IMG/VR virus record: IMGVR_UViG_3300042868_007814
Location: 1 to 36,851 of that record
DNA length: 36,851 nucleotides
Source of the DNA: a virus
Reading direction: 5' to 3' (one strand)
Below the pieces are notes generated by a model. It had not been told where the DNA came from, made no database searches, and worked only from the letters and a program-made list of their open reading frames with translations. The position numbers and the translations under genes were made by a program. Below, piece by piece: positions 15,186 to 21,863 of this stretch; positions within the stretch are counted from its first letter, which is position 1; every line of letters begins with the position of its first letter.

Positions 15186-15877
15186 CAGTCAAGGCTCTCA
15201 TACCCGCGCGCATAGTGAATCTGGTCGCGCCGCTGCCCCACAAAGGCACCGACATGCACACAACGGATACCGCTGCCAGCGCGCAGGCCCGGTCCGGTGC
15301 AGCTCCCATTCTGATCGGCCAAGGCCTTCGCAGTGGTGGCCTTACTAGCGCGAATGGTCCTCTTACGCCTGGAATTGCAACTTCAACAACGGCAACCAGA
15401 ACAACAACCACAAGAGCTACGACGGCTGTGCCGTCGTTGTCCGCAAATTCACACCTGTTTCAATTGCTGGTGCAAGCCTACCTCGATTGCCGACGCACCA
15501 AGCGCAACAGCGCCAGTGCGCTGGCGTTCGAAGCCAATGCCGAGCGCAACCTGTTCGATCTGCACGACGAGCTGGTAAGTGGCGACTATCAGCCTGGGCG
15601 CTCCATTTGCTTCGTTATCACCCACCCCAAGCCGCGCGAAGTATGGGCCGCAGAGTTTCGCGACCGCATCGTGCACCACTTGCTTTACAACGAAATCGCC
15701 CCGGCCTTTCACCGCCGTTTCGTGGCCGACAGTTGCGCATGCATCCCCGGGCGCGGCACGCTGTACGCCGCCAAGCGGCTGGAAGGCCAAGTGCGCAGCT
15801 ATGTGATCCGGCGTTGGTTCAACGCGCGGTTACATGCAGCTGCGCAGGCATTGGCTGGGAGAGCAACATCATGCTAA
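15182..15877 (+). pseudogene. DGR reverse transcriptase remnant (N-terminal third only)
   Basis: Residues 90-207 (LFQLLVQAYLDCRRTKRNS...YQPGRSICFVITHPKPREVWAAEFRDRIVHHLLYNEIAPAFHRRFVADSCACIPGRGT) match the N-terminal DGR-RT motifs. The ORF ends 24 codons later at 15877, with no catalytic-Asp or YxDD region. The ATG at 15182 overlaps the avd stop (ATGA), and the ORF reads through the TR. Confidence 0.75.
15358..15444 (+). repeat. DGR template repeat (TR)
   Basis: tcc tct tac gcc tgg aat tgc aac ttc aac aac ggc aac cag aac aac aac cac aag agc tac gac ggc tgt gcc gtc gtt gtc cgc. Seven AAC codons and one AAT codon in the VR reading frame. An in-frame TAG lies 10 nt upstream, so this frame is not translated. 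Confidence 0.9.
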
Positions 15878-17604
15878 CCCCCCAATTCAACCTGCCTATC
15901 CACGCCGAGCTGGTGGTAGACCTCTTTGCCGGCGGCGGCGGTGCCAGCACTGGCATTGAGCAAGCCATCGGCCGTGCAGTGGACATTGCCATCAACCATG
16001 ACCCCGAGGCCGTGGCGCTGCACCAGGCTAACCACCCGCAGACTCGCCACTTTGTGAGCGATGTGTTTGAGGTTGACCCCGTGACAGTAACCGCCGGTCA
16101 GCCAGTGGGCCTACTGTGGGCCAGCCCGGATTGCAAACATTTCAGCAAGGCCAAGGGAGGCAAGCCCGTGTCAAAGAAGATTCGCAGCTTGGCGGGCGTG
16201 GTGCTGAAATGGGTCAAGGCCCTTGAGCCATCTAACAGAAAGCCGCGAGTGATCTGCTTGGAAAATGTGGAGGAATTTCAGACTTGGGGGCCGCTAGTCA
16301 AGCGCAAAGTGGTCACCACCGACGAACTGGGCAATACAACTGAAACATGGGGCGAGTGGCCATGCCCGCAACGCAAGGGCCAAACATTCAAACGCTGGGT
16401 TAGCAGTTTGCGCAATCTAGGCTATGTGGTGGAGTGGCGCGAGCTGCGCGCCTGCGACTACGGTGCCCCCACCATCCGCAAGCGCCTGTTTCTGGTGGCG
16501 CGTTGTGACGGCCAGCCCATTGTGTGGCCACAGCCTACCCACGCTGCCCCTGACTCGCTGCAGATCAAGGCCAAGAAACTCAAGCCATGGCACACCGCGG
16601 CTGAGTGCATCGACTGGAGCATCCATGCGCCCAGCATTTTTGAGCGCAAAAAGCCATTGGCCGATGCCACCTGCAAGCGAATTGCCAAAGGTATACAGCG
16701 CTATGTGGTCGATGCGGCCGAGCCGTTTATTGTTCAATACCACAGTGCCAAGCGCGCCGGAGACGAGCGCACGGCACCACTGGACAACCCTCTGCCAACT
16801 CAAACCACAGAAAACCGGTTTGCATTGGCTGTACCGACGCTAATTCAAACCGGCTATGGTGAGCGTGAAGGCCAAGCACCGCGCGCGCTGGACATTGGCA
16901 AACCCATAGGCACACTGGTGGGTAGCCAAAAGCATGCGCTGGTGTCTGCATTCCTCGCAAAGAACTACACGGGCGTGGTCGGTTCCGATATGGCCGACCC
17001 GGTGGCTACCGTCACAACCGTTGACCATCACAGCCTTGTCACCGCCAACATGGTGCACCTAGGCCACGGCGAGGGTGCAGGCAGTACCAAGCGACGCAGC
17101 CACGGTATTCGTGACGTTCGGGAGCCAGTCAACACCATCACAGCCAGTGGAGCCGTGGGCGCACTGGTCACCAGCCACATGCTCAAGCTGCGCGGCACCA
17201 ATGTGGGCAGCCCAACCGACGAGCCACTACACACCATCAGCGCCCAAGGCACCCACCATGCCGAAGTGCGCGCCTTCCTCATCAAATATTACGGCACCGA
17301 CCAAGACCCGCGCCTAACCGAGCCCATGCACACCGTACCCACCAAAGACCGCTTTGGCCTGGTGACCGTGCACGGCGAGGAATACGCCATTGTGGACATT
17401 GGCCTGCGCATGCTTACCCCGCGTGAGCTCTACCGCGCCCAAGGCTTTCCAGAGAGCTACGAAATCGACACCGGGGGCGACGGTCGGGCCCTGACCAAGA
17501 CCGCCCAGGTGCGCATGTGTGGAAACAGCGTCTGCCCACCCATGAGTAAAGCCATTGTGGGTGCCAATTACACCGAGCCACAACAACAACGGAGAGCCGC
17601 ATGA
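15871..17604 (+). CDS. DNA (cytosine-5) methyltransferase
   Basis: Motif I DLFAGGGG, motif IV ASPDCKHFS, ENVEEF, and motif X GNSVCPP. GGGAGAG RBS before the ATG at 15871. The track ORF's upstream extension (15487-15870) is Arg-rich read-through. Confidence 0.9.
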   Translation: MLTPQFNLPIHAELVVDLFAGGGGASTGIEQAIGRAVDIAINHDPEAVALHQANHPQTRHFVSDVFEVDPVTVTAGQPVGLLWASPDCKHFSKAKGGKPVSKKIRSLAGVVLKWVKALEPSNRKPRVICLENVEEFQTWGPLVKRKVVTTDELGNTTETWGEWPCPQRKGQTFKRWVSSLRNLGYVVEWRELRACDYGAPTIRKRLFLVARCDGQPIVWPQPTHAAPDSLQIKAKKLKPWHTAAECIDWSIHAPSIFERKKPLADATCKRIAKGIQRYVVDAAEPFIVQYHSAKRAGDERTAPLDNPLPTQTTENRFALAVPTLIQTGYGEREGQAPRALDIGKPIGTLVGSQKHALVSAFLAKNYTGVVGSDMADPVATVTTVDHHSLVTANMVHLGHGEGAGSTKRRSHGIRDVREPVNTITASGAVGALVTSHMLKLRGTNVGSPTDEPLHTISAQGTHHAEVRAFLIKYYGTDQDPRLTEPMHTVPTKDRFGLVTVHGEEYAIVDIGLRMLTPRELYRAQGFPESYEIDTGGDGRALTKTAQVRMCGNSVCPPMSKAIVGANYTEPQQQRRAA

Positions 17605-18065
17605 AAACAGTCTACCGCCGCGCCGCCCACGCCAAGCGCATGCACCGCGACCCCATGGCCGCAGTTCACGTCCTTGCTGCGAACACCGAGCAACCCCGCG
17701 AAAACGCCGACCGCATCATGGTAGCGCTGCGCCTGACCTTTGAAAAACTCAAGATCGGCACGGGCGACTTAGAGCAATTCGACCGCCTAGCCGCCGCTGT
17801 CAACGTGGGCCTGATACGCGCCGAGCTGATAGACCCGCTGGCCGCTGAAACGATGGTGCGGGGTGTCGCAGCATTGATGAACTGCGCGGCCATCCATGAG
17901 CGCCACGGCAAGTTTGGCTTTACCGGGCCTGATCTGGTGGCCATGGGTGACGCTCTAGACCTTTACGAAGGCATTTTGAGGCTGTCCACGCCTAAGCAAA
18001 TGCTGGATGCGCTCGATATGGCGGCTGCGCGGATGCGTGGGCAAGTGCAGGGGGTGGCAGCGTGA
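17601..18065 (+). CDS. Hypothetical protein (154 aa) between the two methyltransferases
   Basis: ATGA overlap with the upstream gene. Ordinary helical composition. Confidence 0.55.
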   Translation: MKTVYRRAAHAKRMHRDPMAAVHVLAANTEQPRENADRIMVALRLTFEKLKIGTGDLEQFDRLAAAVNVGLIRAELIDPLAAETMVRGVAALMNCAAIHERHGKFGFTGPDLVAMGDALDLYEGILRLSTPKQMLDALDMAAARMRGQVQGVAA

Positions 18066-18562
18066 ACACTCAGCGCATCCTTGACCCATGCTGCGGCAGC
18101 CGCATGATGTGGTTTGACCGCCAAAACCCTGATGTGGTATTTGGTGACCAGCGCAGCGAGGTATTGACTGTCACCGACCGCTCGCACGGCAACGCCAGCG
18201 GCACACGCACCCTTCGCATTGAGCCCGATGCACTGCTGGATTTCCGAGCGTTGCCGTACCCGGATGGCACATTCAAACTGGTTGCGTTTGACCCGCCACA
18301 CCTCGTTCGCGCCGGCCCTCGCTCATGGTTGGCTGCCAAGTATGGAAAGCTGGGCACAGACTGGCGCGACGACCTGCGCCAAGGCTTCGCTGAGTGCTTT
18401 CGCGTGCTGGCCACCGATGGCGTTCTAGTGTTCAAGTGGAATGAAACCCAAGTCAAGCTGGGCGAGGTGCTTGCGCTTACGCCCGTGCAGCCGCTCTTTG
18501 GGCACCCGAGCGGGCGTAAGGGGCTTACCCACTGGATCGTGTTTATGAAAGGCGCGGCATGA
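18062..18562 (+). CDS. SAM-dependent DNA methyltransferase, DPPH motif (N6-adenine or N4-cytosine class)
   Basis: ILDPCCGS (SAM-binding-like) and FDPPH (catalytic motif IV). GTG start overlapping the upstream stop. Confidence 0.65.
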   Translation: MNTQRILDPCCGSRMMWFDRQNPDVVFGDQRSEVLTVTDRSHGNASGTRTLRIEPDALLDFRALPYPDGTFKLVAFDPPHLVRAGPRSWLAAKYGKLGTDWRDDLRQGFAECFRVLATDGVLVFKWNETQVKLGEVLALTPVQPLFGHPSGRKGLTHWIVFMKGAA

Positions 18563-18777
18563 CCGACCTCACCGATGCCGAGATAGACAGCATCTGCGAT
18601 GGCTACGTTCAAAACGCCGCGCGGATCCGCTACCTGCGCGCCATGGGCCTGACGGTGCACCGCAAACCCAACGGGCGGCCACTGGTCAACCGTGCACACT
18701 ATGATGCCGTCATGGGCAATGGGGCAAACCGCGCCATGCAAAAGACTGATTTTCAGCCAGTGTGGGGAGTCCACTAA
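18559..18777 (+). CDS. DUF4224-like small protein (possible excision/directionality factor)
   Basis: LTDAEIDSICDGYVQNAARIRYLRAMGLTVHRKPNGRPLVNRAHYD matches the DUF4224 pattern usually found just upstream of phage integrases. Confidence 0.7.
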   Translation: MTDLTDAEIDSICDGYVQNAARIRYLRAMGLTVHRKPNGRPLVNRAHYDAVMGNGANRAMQKTDFQPVWGVH

Positions 18778-19830
18778 ATGCGAAAAGACCGGGAGAGCGC
18801 CAAGGGCTTACTGCCACTTATGGAGGCTCGCCCGTGGGCTGATGGCAAGACCATCACCTACCGCTACCACCCTATCCAAGCCAAGCCCATCAACCTAGGC
18901 ACAGACCGCCTAGCGGCTATCCGCAAGGTGCTGGACTTGCTGGGCAATAACGAAGATCAAGGCACATTGAAATGGGTGTGGGAGCGGTACACAGACCCCG
19001 AAGCGCCCTCCCCGCGCTGGAAAAAGCTAGTGGACAGCACCAAGGCCGACTACCGGCAGGCGTGGAAAGAAATCGAAAAAACCTTCGGCAAGATGCCCGC
19101 CAACCGTATCGACTCCACGATGGTGGCCAGATATGTGCACGTCGAGCGCGCATCGGCCCCCAAACGGGCAAACACTGAAAAAGCTCTGCTATCCAACCTA
19201 TTCGGGCATGGCATTAAATTGGGCGTGTGTACCGTAAACGCAACAATCGGGGTGGAGCCGCACCAGTTGGAAGCTAGAACTGAGGCCCCTCAAGATGCGC
19301 TGCTGGCCAAATTCCTCACATGGTTGACCGAGCAAACGCCCCAGCGCCGCATCGTGGGCATGGCCGCTGAGTACGCCAGTCTGGCCGGCAATCGCAAATG
19401 CGAGTTCTTGCAGCTCACCTGGCCACAGGTAGACCGGGCAGCTGGCGTGATCCGCACCATACGCGCCAAACAGCGCGGCAAGAAGCGGGAGCAGGTAGTG
19501 GAGGTGGTGAGTATCAGCCCCGCGCTGGAGGCCCTTTTGGTGCGCCTGGAGACCATTCGTGAGTTGGACTGTCTCTACGTCTTCCCAACGCGCGACAACA
19601 ACCACTACACCGATTCGGGATTCAAGGCGCTATGGCAGCGCTGCATGCTGGAGGCGATCAAGCAAAAAGTGCTGACGGCTGAGACGCGGTTCACATTCCA
19701 TGACCTGCGGGCCTTCTATGCCACCAAGCATAAGAAGGTGACTGGAGCCCTGCCGGATTTGCATAAAAACCCGGAGACGACTGCCCGGGTGTATGACCGA
19801 AACGTGGAAGTTTTCAGGTCTTCAAACTAG
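18778..19830 (+). CDS. int: Tyrosine recombinase (phage integrase)
   Basis: 350 aa. AGNRKCEF (Arg box), FTFHDLRAFYATKH, and the C-terminal ARVYDR with the catalytic Tyr. Confidence 0.9.
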   Translation: MRKDRESAKGLLPLMEARPWADGKTITYRYHPIQAKPINLGTDRLAAIRKVLDLLGNNEDQGTLKWVWERYTDPEAPSPRWKKLVDSTKADYRQAWKEIEKTFGKMPANRIDSTMVARYVHVERASAPKRANTEKALLSNLFGHGIKLGVCTVNATIGVEPHQLEARTEAPQDALLAKFLTWLTEQTPQRRIVGMAAEYASLAGNRKCEFLQLTWPQVDRAAGVIRTIRAKQRGKKREQVVEVVSISPALEALLVRLETIRELDCLYVFPTRDNNHYTDSGFKALWQRCMLEAIKQKVLTAETRFTFHDLRAFYATKHKKVTGALPDLHKNPETTARVYDRNVEVFRSSN

Positions 19831-19935
19831 CTCCCGTTTCCCAGCGTGGGAAATTTGGCGGGAATTTGCACTGTGTGTATTTGCAGTGCGCTACACAAAA
19901 CAGAGCGCCATCACTAAGGATGGCGCTGTATTAGA

Positions 19936-19983
19936 TGGGGTGGCTGATGGGGCTCGAACCCACGACAACAGGAATCACAATCC
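19936..19983 (-). other. attP core: 3' 48 nt of a tRNA-His(GUG) gene (anticodon loop to CCA end), not a full tRNA
   Basis: The reverse complement GGATTGTGATTCCTGTTGTCGTGGGTTCGAGCCCCATCAGCCACCCCA matches the 3' half of proteobacterial tRNA-His. No D-arm or 5' acceptor strand lies beyond 19983. Confidence 0.8.
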
Positions 19984-20115
19984 ATCGAAACTTTCCAGTA
20001 TTGGCGCGGCTTTGCGGCTAATTCGTGGGAAATTTCAGGAAAAATCGGCCTAGGCCCCATGCGGGTTTGCGGGGCTTATCCCCCACCAATCATACTTAGG
20101 CTTTACTGTGTCACT

Positions 20116-20583
20116 TCACCGCAGACAAACGCTGCGTACGTAGCCCTGCAAGCCGGTTACTTGGTCTGAGAGCCGGTCAGCGTCTCGCGCCACCGCTTCA
20201 TATCGCCCGACGCTTTCTCTGAGAACCCGCTCGGTGGGGCTTGCATCAGCTCCGCTGCCGGCGGGGGAATTTGGGGCGGCTGCACGGGCGGCGTCGAGGG
20301 CCGCAATAAGGAGCAAGCGCTCAGACTCAGCACCAGAGGCAGAATCAGCAGACTTACGCTTGAGGGCTTGGTAATCATTTTGAACCTTTGAGTTTGCGAG
20401 TTGAAGGGTTTGCTCTTTGGCGCGGGCATCGTTTAGGGCTGCGATGTGGGCGGTTTGCTGGTCGCTCACGTAGGCATCGAACTCCACTTGCTTGGATAGC
20501 CCGCCTTGGTGGTAAGCAAACCAATGCGAAACCACCAGCCCGAGCGCGGCCCAGGTGCGCCAGTTGAGCAGAATGGCGATCAT
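20116..20583 (-). CDS. Rz: i-spanin (Rz-like)
   Basis: Start at the ATG at 20583 (ATGA overlap with the upstream gene). N-terminal TM segment MIAILLNWRTWAALGLVVSHWF followed by a coiled coil. Contains an embedded lipoprotein ORF. Confidence 0.75.
   Translation of the reverse strand: MIAILLNWRTWAALGLVVSHWFAYHQGGLSKQVEFDAYVSDQQTAHIAALNDARAKEQTLQLANSKVQNDYQALKRKSADSASGAESERLLLIAALDAARAAAPNSPAGSGADASPTERVLRESVGRYEAVARDADRLSDQVTGLQGYVRSVCLR
20157..20378 (-). CDS. Rz1: o-spanin (Rz1-like lipoprotein) embedded in Rz in another frame
   Basis: MITKPSSVSLLILPLVLSLSAC (lipobox LSAC) followed by a Pro-rich mature region PSTPPVQPPQIPPP. Confidence 0.7.
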   Translation of the reverse strand: MITKPSSVSLLILPLVLSLSACSLLRPSTPPVQPPQIPPPAAELMQAPPSGFSEKASGDMKRWRETLTGSQTK

Positions 20584-20789
20584 GGCTTCACCTTGGGCTG
20601 ATCTACCAGCCGCCCAACAATGCCAAAGGCCAGAAGGCCCATAGTGACCCACTGCACCACGGAGGGCGGGATGGTTGCTTTCATATCTTCGGGTATGAAC
20701 ATCCAAGCGCCCTGTATTGCCGTGGCAAACGCCATGGCTTGGATAGAGAGCATGCGATACGCTTTGCGCCAGTTTGCGATTAGTTTCAT
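20580..20789 (-). CDS. Two-TM holin-like protein (69 aa)
   Basis: TM segments MLSIQAMAFATAIQGAWMFI and VVQWVTMGLLAFGIVGRLV. ATGA overlaps on both sides within the lysis cassette. Confidence 0.6.
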   Translation of the reverse strand: MKLIANWRKAYRMLSIQAMAFATAIQGAWMFIPEDMKATIPPSVVQWVTMGLLAFGIVGRLVDQPKVKP

Positions 20790-21229
20790 GCCAGCGCCCC
20801 CGCGTTGTTAATGTCAATGGTGACCACTTCGCCTGCGCGGATGGCCCGCTGCACTTCGGCTTTTACCAATGCCACGGCTGGGCGGCTAGTGCCACCGATA
20901 AGCGTGGTTTCTGTGGCCTGCATGCCCAAGAGCGGGCAGCCTTCGGTATCAGCGGCGGTGTTGCCCGCGTGCATGCGGATGTACTGGAAACCCGGCACAT
21001 CGTGGATGGTGAGCGTGTCAGGCCCAAAGCGCCCGGAATGCTCAAGCGTCACCCGGTACTCACCCGATGGAATAGCCGTCGCGCCTTTGACCTTCCAAGC
21101 GGCCACCGGCACGCCTTCAATCTCGCGCACTTCGTCTTCCAAGGTGGCACAGGCATACACGCCGTTTATGTAGAGCTTGCCGATGGTGGCCCCACCCACT
21201 GAGGGGCGGCGTTGGAGTGTGAGCTTCAT
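20786..21229 (-). CDS. Putative endolysin / cell-wall hydrolase (DUF5675-like)
   Basis: 147 aa. TIGKLYINGVYACATLED...IPSGEYRV...VPGFQYIRMHAGNTAADTEGCPLLG resembles the DUF5675 family seen in podovirus lysis cassettes. Flanked by membrane proteins and spanins. Confidence 0.55.
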   Translation of the reverse strand: MKLTLQRRPSVGGATIGKLYINGVYACATLEDEVREIEGVPVAAWKVKGATAIPSGEYRVTLEHSGRFGPDTLTIHDVPGFQYIRMHAGNTAADTEGCPLLGMQATETTLIGGTSRPAVALVKAEVQRAIRAGEVVTIDINNAGALA

Positions 21230-21453
21230 TTAATCAGCCCCTTGGCCTGCGCCCAAAAATACACAGCCGTGGACAGCACGCCCACCACCAAGAAAAACTT
21301 GTTCACCACACCTCGGCCCACCGACCTGTAAACCTCGTCGGTCAGCTTTGCCATGGCCTTGGTGGCCGCGCGCTCTGCGATAAGCTCGATGTGCTCGTCT
21401 GAGAGCTGCAGCTCTTTGCGCCGCTCAACTTCGGGGAATGTGGCTCTGCTCAT
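21226..21453 (-). CDS. C-terminally anchored membrane protein (75 aa), holin/antiholin candidate
   Basis: TM segment FFLVVGVLSTAVYFWAQA. First gene of the lysis cluster. Confidence 0.5.
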   Translation of the reverse strand: MSRATFPEVERRKELQLSDEHIELIAERAATKAMAKLTDEVYRSVGRGVVNKFFLVVGVLSTAVYFWAQAKGLIK

Positions 21454-21488
21454 GTGATTGCTGCCTTAATGTGTCCGGGTTTTGAAAT

Positions 21489-21863
21489 TTAGAACTTGAA
21501 GGAAATCGAAAAAGCCGCGGTAGTCGGGCTAATGCCTTGAACTTCGGGGATAGTCACCAAGTGAGCTTCGATGGGGCCAAGCGGTACGCTCAGGGCCAAG
21601 CCCGCAAAGGGCACCGCTGGGTATTTATAGCCGGTCACCATTCCCGCGAAGACGCCCGCCTTGACCGGCCCTAGGTGAACCGGCTGCCAAGCGGCACCCA
21701 CATAGGCGCTCTGCTTGCGCACGCTGTTGAAATAGGTGCCAGCAGCCAGCCGCCAATCACCATCCACAGGACACAGCAAACCAACACCAGGCGTGTCGTT
21801 GTTGTACCCCGGCGAGGCATGGTAGGCCGCTACGTGTAGCTGTACTGCGCAGTCAGAAATCAT
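21489..21863 (-). CDS. Outer-membrane beta-barrel-like protein lacking a signal peptide (124 aa)
   Basis: Alternating-hydrophobic strands, aromatic girdle residues and a C-terminal ...FSISFKF. Start taken at the ATG at 21863, which forms an ATGA overlap with the tail-fibre stop. Confidence 0.4.
   Translation of the reverse strand: MISDCAVQLHVAAYHASPGYNNDTPGVGLLCPVDGDWRLAAGTYFNSVRKQSAYVGAAWQPVHLGPVKAGVFAGMVTGYKYPAVPFAGLALSVPLGPIEAHLVTIPEVQGISPTTAAFSISFKF

Noticed and set aside
15579-15806. Third-frame ORF (75 aa) over the RT remnant, checked for missing RT motifs
   Set aside because: It shows no RT-like sequence and is an overlapping alternative-frame artefact.
15487-15870. N-terminal 128-codon extension of the methyltransferase track ORF; also checked as a possible frameshifted continuation of the RT
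   Set aside because: The extension is Arg/Pro/Ala-rich and not protein-like. It overlaps the RT-remnant frame and has no RT or methyltransferase motifs. A good RBS and ATG at 15871 precede motif I.
18070-18774. 234-aa minus-strand ORF antisense to the DPPH methyltransferase and DUF4224 genes
   Set aside because: It is Ser/Arg/Pro-rich and lies opposite two motif-supported plus-strand genes in a strictly plus-strand operon.
19936-20012. Possible complete tRNA-His gene on the minus strand
   Set aside because: Only the 3' 48 nt (anticodon loop, T-arm, acceptor 3' strand, CCA) are present. The sequence beyond 19983 has no D-arm or 5' acceptor strand. It is interpreted as the attP core.
19793-20053. 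86-aa plus-strand ORF across the attP region
   Set aside because: It starts inside int, runs through the tRNA fragment and the repeat-rich attP arms, and has no RBS.
20584-20817. Upstream 78 codons of the 233-aa track ORF containing Rz
   Set aside because: The segment overlaps the 2-TM holin-like gene and the end of the endolysin gene in another frame, and its composition is unnatural. The ATG at 20583 gives a canonical TM-plus-coiled-coil spanin.
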